Shown here: positions 30,170 to 38,713 of the stretch, in pieces | Layout of the letters: each line of letters opens with the position of its first letter | How positions within the stretch are numbered: the stretch's first letter is position 1 | From: an archaeon | GTDB lineage: Archaea; Nanobdellota; Nanobdellia; Woesearchaeales; UBA9642 | Assembly: GCA_020057295.1 (NCBI GenBank) | Contig: JAGVGF010000006.1 | Span: 32,001-96,000, forward strand | Reading direction: 5' to 3' | DNA length: 64,000 bases | Made by a program: the position numbers and the translations under genes | The notes under the pieces: generated by a model | The model's input: the letters and a program-made list of their open reading frames with translations, nothing else | Told to the model about the DNA's origin: nothing | The model's database searches: none

Positions 30170-32089
30170 ATGGCTATATTTAATATAGATTATTTTAATA
30201 CTTTAGATCGCGGATATTATAGTGCTCAAACAATGAAAGATGCTAAGGAAGCTGGTACGTTTGTTGATTTTCCACAAGATGCTGGTCCAGGTACAAAATT
30301 AACTGCTAAAGAAATTGGTACTACGATGGCTCCAGATACGTATCCATTACAAGAATTACAGGCTAAGATAAGGACTGGAGCTGCAAGATTAGAGATTGGT
30401 TTTGCTGGTGCAGGTAAGAGTGGTTTTGGCGGAAGGGGAGCTACACCAGAAATATTAGGAAAACTTGAAAGAGAACAGTTTAGAGAATTACAAAAGGTCA
30501 GTGATGTTAAAGTTACTACACACGCCACATTTGGCAAACAAGGACTTTCTGGATTAACACAACAAGGATTCAGTGAGGATGAAGCTCAAAAAACTTTAAA
30601 AGAAATAAACAAAGCAATAGATTTTGCTGCAACAGCAACTCGCGGTGGAGCGGTAGTATTTCACGCTGGCGAATGGCAGAGACCTATAATGGATGCGGGC
30701 GAAAAGAATCCAGATAAAACTTCAGCACGTGAAAGAGTTTTCAGCGAGTATGAAAACGAATATCAAAAGGCTCCAATATTTTTAGCTGATGAACGTACTG
30801 GACAAATAATGGCATTAAATAGAGATATGAAATTCTATTTCCCAAAAGAAAAACGTGATCCAAAAACAGGCATGGTATACGTTGAAACAGCACAAGATGG
30901 CACTCCTATAATAGAAGAGATGGATTATGGTCACGCATTAGGTCATATTAAACAACGTTATAAAGATAAACCTGAAATTCAAGGTAAGAGTGATGCTGAA
31001 ATACTATTATATGGTTATAGGGAACAACAATTGAAAGAAGCTAAAGGTACAGCTTTAAGATATACGGAAAATTTAGATAGTTTCAAGAAAAAATTAGAGT
31101 ATGTACAGGATCAACTCAAATTACAAGAAAAAATGTGGAATAATACTTCTGAAGAGGATCGTTGGAAATTACAGGAAAAGGATCCTAACATCCCAACGAT
31201 TTATAGACCTGTAAAAGATATTTTAGCTGAAGAAGAAAAAAATCTTAGACATCAAATTGAAGGAGTACAAACTACGGCAGCTGCAGCTCAGGAACAGTAT
31301 AAAAAGATTGAAGAGGAACAGAAGAGATTTAAGCCTATTGAAGAAGTTGGTATAAAGAGAACAGCAGATACTTTAGCCAAAGCAGGTATAAAGGCAATGA
31401 TTACTTCAGATCAGTATAAAAAAGATTTAACTGAACCAATATTTATCGCTCCAGAAAATGTCTTCCCAGAATTTTATGGTTCACATGCAGATGAAATGAT
31501 TAGAATAATACAAGATTCTAGAAAGACAATGGCTGATAAGTTAAAAAGGCAAGGATATAGTGCTGAAGACGCTAAAAAGAAGGCAGAAACACATATTAGA
31601 GCTACACTAGATACAGGTCACTTGAATAATTGGCGTCAACATTTTCAGGCTAAAACCGATGAGAATGGTAAGGTTTTAGAAAATCCTGAGCAAGTTGATA
31701 AGAGATTTAAGAAATGGTATCTTGAACAAGTTCAAAAGATGGTTGATAAGAAAGTTTTAGGGCACATACATTTAACAGATAATTGGGGTTATGATGATGA
31801 ACATATTACACCAGGTCAAGGTAATACGCCTACAAAAGAAGCTGTTAAAATTTTAGAGGAAGCTGGATTTAAAGATTTCATTGCTGAAGTTGGAAGCTTT
31901 AATTCTAATACAGTATTACAAGATACATTAGCAGAATTAGGTAGTCCAGTATATGCACTTGATAAGAGAATGACATTCGGAAAATTACGTCACGGACATT
32001 TTGGTTACAATGCACCTCCAAATTATATAGTTGGAGGATATGCTCCTAGTAATGACTTCAGGTTGTGGAGCGAAGTGCCATTAGAATAA
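30170..32089 (+). CDS. Xylose-isomerase/AP-endonuclease-2-like TIM-barrel metalloenzyme with large helical insertion
   Basis: THAT, VVFHAGE, APEN, LDTGHL, HIHLTDNWGYDDEHITPGQGN, FIAE. Confidence 0.85.
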   Translation: MAIFNIDYFNTLDRGYYSAQTMKDAKEAGTFVDFPQDAGPGTKLTAKEIGTTMAPDTYPLQELQAKIRTGAARLEIGFAGAGKSGFGGRGATPEILGKLEREQFRELQKVSDVKVTTHATFGKQGLSGLTQQGFSEDEAQKTLKEINKAIDFAATATRGGAVVFHAGEWQRPIMDAGEKNPDKTSARERVFSEYENEYQKAPIFLADERTGQIMALNRDMKFYFPKEKRDPKTGMVYVETAQDGTPIIEEMDYGHALGHIKQRYKDKPEIQGKSDAEILLYGYREQQLKEAKGTALRYTENLDSFKKKLEYVQDQLKLQEKMWNNTSEEDRWKLQEKDPNIPTIYRPVKDILAEEEKNLRHQIEGVQTTAAAAQEQYKKIEEEQKRFKPIEEVGIKRTADTLAKAGIKAMITSDQYKKDLTEPIFIAPENVFPEFYGSHADEMIRIIQDSRKTMADKLKRQGYSAEDAKKKAETHIRATLDTGHLNNWRQHFQAKTDENGKVLENPEQVDKRFKKWYLEQVQKMVDKKVLGHIHLTDNWGYDDEHITPGQGNTPTKEAVKILEEAGFKDFIAEVGSFNSNTVLQDTLAELGSPVYALDKRMTFGKLRHGHFGYNAPPNYIVGGYAPSNDFRLWSEVPLE

Positions 32090-32189
32090 AGTTTAAGACA
32101 TAAAGGCAAGACTTAAATTTGAACTACTATTGAATGGTCATTAAGCTTAATAAAGTATTAACGTTTTATTATAACAAGAGGTGGGTTGA

Positions 32190-32999
32190 TTGGATTTTAA
32201 AGTTGAAAATCGTAAAAATTTGCATGCTCAAAAATATTCTAAAGAAGATGTAGATATAGTTTACGAATTCTCTAAAGATGTAAAAAAAGAATTAGGAGAT
32301 ATGCTTAAAGCAATAGTCCTATTCGGTAGTACAGCAAGAAGAATAGACACTAATAAGAGAGGTCATGATATAGATATATTATTAGTATTGGATGATGTTA
32401 GAATTCAATTATCTCCAGAACTTATCCAAACATATAGAATTATAGTTGAAAAAATAGTTATAAAAGTTTCTAAAAGAATTCATGTTACAAGTTTAAGATT
32501 AACAAATTTTTGGGAGTATGTTAGAGCTGGAGATCCTATCGCAATAAATATTTTAAGAGATGGTGTGGCTATTATTGATACAGGATTCTTTGAGCCACTA
32601 CAATTATTACTTTATCAAGGAAGAATCCGACCTAGTGCAGAATCAATACACAATTATTTGTTGATGGCACCACAAACATTACAGAATTCTCGCGGACACA
32701 TATTACAAGCAGTATTAGATTTATACTGGGCAGTTATTGACGCTGCACATGCAGCATTAATGTACGTTAACGAGATACCACCAAGTCCAGCACATGTGTC
32801 TGATATGATGGAAGAAAAATTGATTAAACCAGGATTACTAGATAAAAAATATGCTCACACGATGAGAATGTTCTATACGGTTGGTAAAAGTATAATGCAT
32901 GGCCAGTTAAACGATATTAGCGGAGATCAATATGATGGATATTATAGAGAAGCATATGATTTCGTTCTAGCAATGAAGAAATTTATAGAGAAGAAATAA
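32190..32999 (+). CDS. Minimal nucleotidyltransferase fused to a HEPN-like domain
   Basis: IVLFGSTAR...DIDILLVLDD; C-terminal LYWAVIDAAHAAL helical domain. Confidence 0.85.
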   Translation: MDFKVENRKNLHAQKYSKEDVDIVYEFSKDVKKELGDMLKAIVLFGSTARRIDTNKRGHDIDILLVLDDVRIQLSPELIQTYRIIVEKIVIKVSKRIHVTSLRLTNFWEYVRAGDPIAINILRDGVAIIDTGFFEPLQLLLYQGRIRPSAESIHNYLLMAPQTLQNSRGHILQAVLDLYWAVIDAAHAALMYVNEIPPSPAHVSDMMEEKLIKPGLLDKKYAHTMRMFYTVGKSIMHGQLNDISGDQYDGYYREAYDFVLAMKKFIEKK

Positions 33000-33017
33000 A
33001 TTCTAAAAATTTTTAAA

Positions 33018-33662
33018 ATGCATAATTATTCTAAGAATATGAATAAAGATAAAACTAAAGATATTCCGTCAAAAGATTTCAATCTACAAAAAAAGCTTTG
33101 TCTAGAAAAATTATACAAACCAGATAATAGTAGGAAAGGTACTGTTGATAAAGCTATAATCCCACTGATAGAATATATTAATTCTTTAGATAATTATTAC
33201 ACCACAAGTTCTTGTTCTGGACGTATACAATTATTAACTGAAGCTGATTCTAAACATGATGTTAAATGGTTATTATCAACACATTCGAAAACAACATATG
33301 CCAAAATTAATCAAATATTATCTTCTAAAAATTTAAAAAAGTATTCTAAAGACAGGGTTTGGTTGAGACAAGAAAATCTTATTTTACATGTAGCGTGTAG
33401 AACGATCGATGATGCTAATAGATTATTGAAAATTACACGCAATATAGGATTACGTAGAGGGGGAATTATTGCTGACTCTAAAATAATCATTGTAGAAATT
33501 TGCTCAACAGAAAAAATGAGTATTCCGGTAGCGGATAAAGGTAAATTAATTGTGTCTTCTGAATATATTAAATTAATATTAAAGATTGTAAATCAAAAAT
33601 TCTCCAAAGGTCAAGACAGACTTCAAAGATTAGAAGAAGGAATAAAAGAAAAATTAAAATAG
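33018..33662 (+). CDS. taw3: tRNA wyosine methyltransferase Taw3/TYW3
   Basis: DNSRKGTVD, YYTTSSCSGRI, ILHVACR. Confidence 0.9.
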   Translation: MHNYSKNMNKDKTKDIPSKDFNLQKKLCLEKLYKPDNSRKGTVDKAIIPLIEYINSLDNYYTTSSCSGRIQLLTEADSKHDVKWLLSTHSKTTYAKINQILSSKNLKKYSKDRVWLRQENLILHVACRTIDDANRLLKITRNIGLRRGGIIADSKIIIVEICSTEKMSIPVADKGKLIVSSEYIKLILKIVNQKFSKGQDRLQRLEEGIKEKLK

Positions 33663-33721
33663 CTTACAAAAATATAAAATAAAAAGCATAAATCAAATAA
33701 AATATTTCTATTGTTTTGAAT

Positions 33722-36700
33722 TCAACACTTATACACATTCATATCGCTTAGTGAGCCACTTACACATACTTCTGATGCATCTTTAAACACATCATTATAT
33801 TTATTCCAATTTGCAAGTACTCTTGTTGCCATCGTCGTATCCTTTGCATCATATCCGTGTACTAATAATTTATAGCTACTTCCAGTTTTTACTAAATGTA
33901 TTTTTCCGACACCAGGAGTATCTTGTACCGTACACTCAACAGGATTTCCATAAATACTTGCTGCTACAAGATTAGCACATATTCCACCAACAACAATCAT
34001 ATTTGTATTATAATCATCATTAGATATTTGATCATCAAATATAACTATTCCTGGAGGGAATGGATTATTTCCAGCATATCTTTGCATACTTGCAACTATG
34101 TCGGTTATACCCATCACATCATCAACAGCGGCTCTTCTACCAACAACAAACATTGTGTCAGGTTGACCTCCTTTATTTAAGAATGGTTGAGGGAAATCTT
34201 TTAATGTTTCTGTTGATTGTTGTACTGTCACGAGTGGAGCACAAGCATATACTGTTAAAGAATTTGTTAATTCTCCTGTAACACATAAGCTATTAGTATT
34301 GGCTGTAATGTTTTCAAGATTATAATCTTTCCAATTTGCAAGAACTTTTGTAGCCCTCTTCAAATCTTCATCGCTATATCCGTGAACTATAATTACAGGT
34401 TTATCATAATCAGTTACTATGAAATCTATACGTCCAACACCTTCAACGTACCCCTCGGCACAATTTGTAGGATTATCATAAACTTTTTCAGTTATGCTAT
34501 TACTACATATTCCACCAATTACTATAAATCCTTTAGAGTCCCAATCATTTTGAGTTATTTCTGTATCTAACTTAGCCCATCCTACTCCAACGTTTCCGGT
34601 TTTATTAGAATATCTTTGTAGACTCGCCGCAATATCCACTCCTGAGAGAACATTTACAGGTGTTGCTCTAGCACCTACAACAATTACTCCGGTAAAATCT
34701 TTTATGTCATTAAAGAAATATTTAGGATAATCTTTAAGGATCAGTGAAATTGCTGTACTATTCTGTATACATGCACCATTAATACATCCATTTTGGCATG
34801 TTTGCCAACCTCTCTTGAAAAAGTTTCCATCACAATAATATTCTGATACAGATGGTCCTGTAGGACTTGGTGCATTTAAACAATTTGTACAACACGAATC
34901 ATTAATAGAAACTACAAATCCGTCAGGGAATGTTTCTGTAACAGTTCCCTTAGTATATATATTTCCATTATCAGACTTACTACAAGTAACATCTGCTAGT
35001 TTTGCAAAGTGTCTAACAAATTTCTGCGACGCATTATAAGATCTTCCACCATAATCATAATTCATAGTTACAAATATATCATATGTTCCGGATGTTAATG
35101 CTAATGGTAAATTTATGTTGAATTGTTCAGTTGAATAACTATATCCTGAAGATAAACCGGTCACAGTTTTTACTTCAGATAAATGCAAAGCAGGTATACT
35201 TAAAGTAATATATACTGCACCTACTGTTGATGGGAAGTTATTGATAACTGAAACATCAGCATAGATATAATCTGCATTATATGCTCCTATAACGACAAAG
35301 TCTTGTGGATATACATTAACACTATGGAATTGTACACCTGAGTTTGTAGTAGAATTAATACATGCTCCTAATCTACATCCATTTGGACAATCATTCACTA
35401 TGAAAAATTCTCTATATGCAGGCAATGTTGCTTTATCACAGTACGCTTCCGCAATGTAGCATGCATTTCCACTACATGAATCGTTGTCAAAATTATTATA
35501 GTGATACCCTTGACCATTGTAAGAAACATACACAGAACTTCCTGATATAGGTGTTACACATTTATCGTTATAAAAACTGCCATCAACAGTTGTAAAACCT
35601 TTAACATAATAATATTTGCCACCGTCAGTATCTGTACATGTTGAATAAACATCTTCCGCAATATATCTCGCATAATATGAACCAAATATTACTGGAAAAT
35701 TGGTAAAAGGTCTATTTTCACCAATTACAATAACAAAATTTTCTGAAATCCATACTAGAAGGGTGTCGTTGTCATTATCTACATTGGCCGATACATATTT
35801 TCTACCGTTATGTTCCAAAATTGTGTATGAACCTTTATTACTTATATCTGCTAAAGCAACCTTTAAGAAGGATTGCGCTTCTGAAGAAGAAGAGAATACT
35901 GCAACAGTAGCTCTTGCTGTAATATCATTAGTAGAATCATAATATTCTATATTATATGCTGAATGCTTAAAACCATATTCTGTGGATTCAATTAAAGAAG
36001 GAGTTCTATTAACAAAATTTCCGATAGTAGTCACTATAAGATATTTGGAAAAGTCTATAGATATTGGAGTAGATTTACATGCTCCATCATCACATCCGTT
36101 TGGACAAGTATATTTTTCTCCAGATCCGCCTTTGTCAAGTGTACAAAATAATTCCATTACAGTATTACTATCATAACAATGATCTTCGCCAGTATCATCT
36201 TCAAAAGTTACAGTCCCTTTTAAATAATAATTTTTACCATCTGGATATTGCGAATTAGCGTCAGTATCTGTACACACTGATGCTTTCTTATATACTTTGA
36301 ATTGTCCATGCATTGTTCCAGGAGAGTATCCTGTACCATCATTGAATTTTAGAGTCCATGAATTGTCAAAATTATATTTTATGCCATAATATCCTTGCCT
36401 AGTATTTAGTCCTGGACTGTTAGAATAAAATGGGCCATAAGTTCCTGCACGCCATGCAGTATTGTGATTAAATATTAATTCTCTACCCACAGTAAAATGT
36501 CCTAAATAAATTTCAGAAGGCATTGGAGGATAATATCCGTAAAACGATCCTAATTTTATAGTGTGATTAAATAAATATAAATCTACATTAGCTGCTGCAT
36601 TAAACCATTCCATTTTAACATAATAATCTCCATCTTCACGTATTATTAAACGATTTTTTTTTGAGGCTGAATCGGTATAAGTTTCTGAAGTAACATCTAA

Positions 36701-36874
36701 AGCATCAAGATTAGAGTCTGTAGAAGAGTACTGCAAACCATCAGTTACTGCTCCTATAGCCATTCCAATATTATTAGCAGCTAAACTTGTTGTAGATGAT
36801 GCATATATCATCCCTACAATACCCAAAAATGCAACTATACCCACTACATATAGAACTATTGATTCTTCACGCAT
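33722..36874 (-). CDS. Large cell-surface protein with Cys-rich CTDTD repeats and two S-layer-like C-terminal domains
   Basis: N-terminal TM; CTDTD...KGT...CPNGCxxGAC x3; duplicated LKDxP...VVG...DIxASxQRY...GGICxN...HGY...ATxVLANW. Confidence 0.8.
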   Translation of the reverse strand: MREESIVLYVVGIVAFLGIVGMIYASSTTSLAANNIGMAIGAVTDGLQYSSTDSNLDALDVTSETYTDSASKKNRLIIREDGDYYVKMEWFNAAANVDLYLFNHTIKLGSFYGYYPPMPSEIYLGHFTVGRELIFNHNTAWRAGTYGPFYSNSPGLNTRQGYYGIKYNFDNSWTLKFNDGTGYSPGTMHGQFKVYKKASVCTDTDANSQYPDGKNYYLKGTVTFEDDTGEDHCYDSNTVMELFCTLDKGGSGEKYTCPNGCDDGACKSTPISIDFSKYLIVTTIGNFVNRTPSLIESTEYGFKHSAYNIEYYDSTNDITARATVAVFSSSSEAQSFLKVALADISNKGSYTILEHNGRKYVSANVDNDNDTLLVWISENFVIVIGENRPFTNFPVIFGSYYARYIAEDVYSTCTDTDGGKYYYVKGFTTVDGSFYNDKCVTPISGSSVYVSYNGQGYHYNNFDNDSCSGNACYIAEAYCDKATLPAYREFFIVNDCPNGCRLGACINSTTNSGVQFHSVNVYPQDFVVIGAYNADYIYADVSVINNFPSTVGAVYITLSIPALHLSEVKTVTGLSSGYSYSTEQFNINLPLALTSGTYDIFVTMNYDYGGRSYNASQKFVRHFAKLADVTCSKSDNGNIYTKGTVTETFPDGFVVSINDSCCTNCLNAPSPTGPSVSEYYCDGNFFKRGWQTCQNGCINGACIQNSTAISLILKDYPKYFFNDIKDFTGVIVVGARATPVNVLSGVDIAASLQRYSNKTGNVGVGWAKLDTEITQNDWDSKGFIVIGGICSNSITEKVYDNPTNCAEGYVEGVGRIDFIVTDYDKPVIIVHGYSDEDLKRATKVLANWKDYNLENITANTNSLCVTGELTNSLTVYACAPLVTVQQSTETLKDFPQPFLNKGGQPDTMFVVGRRAAVDDVMGITDIVASMQRYAGNNPFPPGIVIFDDQISNDDYNTNMIVVGGICANLVAASIYGNPVECTVQDTPGVGKIHLVKTGSSYKLLVHGYDAKDTTMATRVLANWNKYNDVFKDASEVCVSGSLSDMNVYKC

Positions 36875-37000
36875 CTTAACCCATCCTCCTAATAAAAGTA
36901 TATTAATCGAAATATTTTATAAAAACTGGATAAACTAATATTTAAAGATATCCTTTTGTATATCTGGAGAGAAATAAGGTGTTAGAATTAAAATTTAGAA

Positions 37001-37438
37001 TTATATTATAACATCTTTTACTGTAACATACGTTATGCTTATTTTTTGTAATTGCCCTATTGCTAAAAATTCTGAAACACTATTCACACTCAGTATACAT
37101 CCATTAGAATTAACTTCTTCTATAGTTATAGTATTTCCCGCATAGTATGTTGATGCACCTTCTCCCAACGTTACGGACAAAGTATTAGTATCATAATTGT
37201 TATTAACAGATACTAGTATTTTACATGATCGTGTTTCCTGTAATACTGCTGTTGCTTGACCAACATTTGGCAAGGCACTGGTTATGGTTGATTGTGCTCC
37301 ACTCTTTAATGCCAATATCACTATAATAACTATTGCAACGATAGCAAATATTGCTATCAAATAATTATTAGTTCTAGAAATCCTTGGCTGTTCCACATGT
37401 TTCTCAACGTGCGTTTTAACGCGCTTCTTTGCAACCAT
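37001..37438 (-). CDS. Membrane-anchored hypothetical protein
   Basis: Single N-terminal TM followed by beta-rich domain. Confidence 0.7.
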   Translation of the reverse strand: MVAKKRVKTHVEKHVEQPRISRTNNYLIAIFAIVAIVIIVILALKSGAQSTITSALPNVGQATAVLQETRSCKILVSVNNNYDTNTLSVTLGEGASTYYAGNTITIEEVNSNGCILSVNSVSEFLAIGQLQKISITYVTVKDVII

Positions 37439-37526
37439 AAAGTCATCTTAGAGAATCTTATTTATATATTTTGTGTTATGAAATCACAATGTGTAAGATA
37501 ATTATTCTACAACAGCGATTATATCT

Positions 37527-38645
37527 TCATATCTTTCTTATTTTTGCAACGAAAAACCCTTCAGTATCATTATCGTAAGGATGTATTCGTAAACATTTTG
37601 ATACTTCAGGATTAATAACTAAATCTTCAAATTTCAGGATAGGCTTTGTTGTGTTTATTCCTAATTCCTTAAAATCTATAATTTCTAATTTTGCATTAGG
37701 ATACTTGTCTAATAAATATGATACTACAGCCTCATTTTCTTCAGGCTCTATTGTGCATGTACTATATACCATTACGCCATTAGGTTTCAACAAATTAAAA
37801 GCTAAATCTATAAGATTTTTCTGTATTTTACTCAATTTAGTTATACCGAGTGAATTCCACATTATAATTGTCTTTAATGATTTTCTAATAGTTCCAGTGC
37901 CTGAACATGGTGCATCTACTAAGATTCTATCAAATCTAAATTCTGGGTGTTCTTCGCTGATTCTCTTAAACCGATGTTCTTGCATCATAGTCTGTACAGC
38001 ATTTCTCACACCACACCTTTGCATATTCATTCCAAGTGCTCTAAGTCTTGCCCCAGCAATATCGTTGGCAATAAGTATCCCTTTATTATGCATATACATC
38101 GCTATCTGTGTAGTTTTACTTCCTGGAGCAGCACATAAGTCTAGTACAGTTTCTCCAGGTTGTGGATCAAGTACTACTGGTGGTATCATTGATGCAGATT
38201 CTTGGACATAAACATATCCTAAATGATGTTCTATTAAATTTCCTAAGTCAAAACGTTTGCCATCTTTGTATGTTATCCAGAATCCTTCTTTACACCAAGG
38301 GATTGGTTCTAAAATCCATCTATCGGATAACATTTTTCTAACTTCTTCAATATCTGCCTTTAAAGTGTTTACACGAATACATTTACGAATATATGATGTT
38401 GAATAATTCATAAATTTATCATAATCTTCACCTAATAATATTCTATAATGATCTTCAAATCTTTTCTTAACATCAACATTACGAGGAATTTTTTCTAACT
38501 TATGTGCACTGCCAGAATCATTACATTCAATGCAGAATTCATTAGTAGATGTATCAACATCCTCATTAATATTATCGCTGATATTGTTTTTTTCTATATT
38601 CTCTGCTTCTGCTGCTGCTTGATCTATATCTAATAACTTAGCCAT
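37527..38645 (-). CDS. NOL1/NOP2/Sun (RsmB/RsmF) RNA m5C methyltransferase
   Basis: QESASMIPP, DLCAAPGSKT, DAPCSGTG, YSTCTIEPEENE. Confidence 0.95.
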   Translation of the reverse strand: MAKLLDIDQAAAEAENIEKNNISDNINEDVDTSTNEFCIECNDSGSAHKLEKIPRNVDVKKRFEDHYRILLGEDYDKFMNYSTSYIRKCIRVNTLKADIEEVRKMLSDRWILEPIPWCKEGFWITYKDGKRFDLGNLIEHHLGYVYVQESASMIPPVVLDPQPGETVLDLCAAPGSKTTQIAMYMHNKGILIANDIAGARLRALGMNMQRCGVRNAVQTMMQEHRFKRISEEHPEFRFDRILVDAPCSGTGTIRKSLKTIIMWNSLGITKLSKIQKNLIDLAFNLLKPNGVMVYSTCTIEPEENEAVVSYLLDKYPNAKLEIIDFKELGINTTKPILKFEDLVINPEVSKCLRIHPYDNDTEGFFVAKIRKI

Positions 38646-38713
38646 AATATTCAGAATAAGCGTTAGTTTATAAAAATTGTTGATAGTGAAAAGAAATTTA
38701 CTGTAATTTTGGT

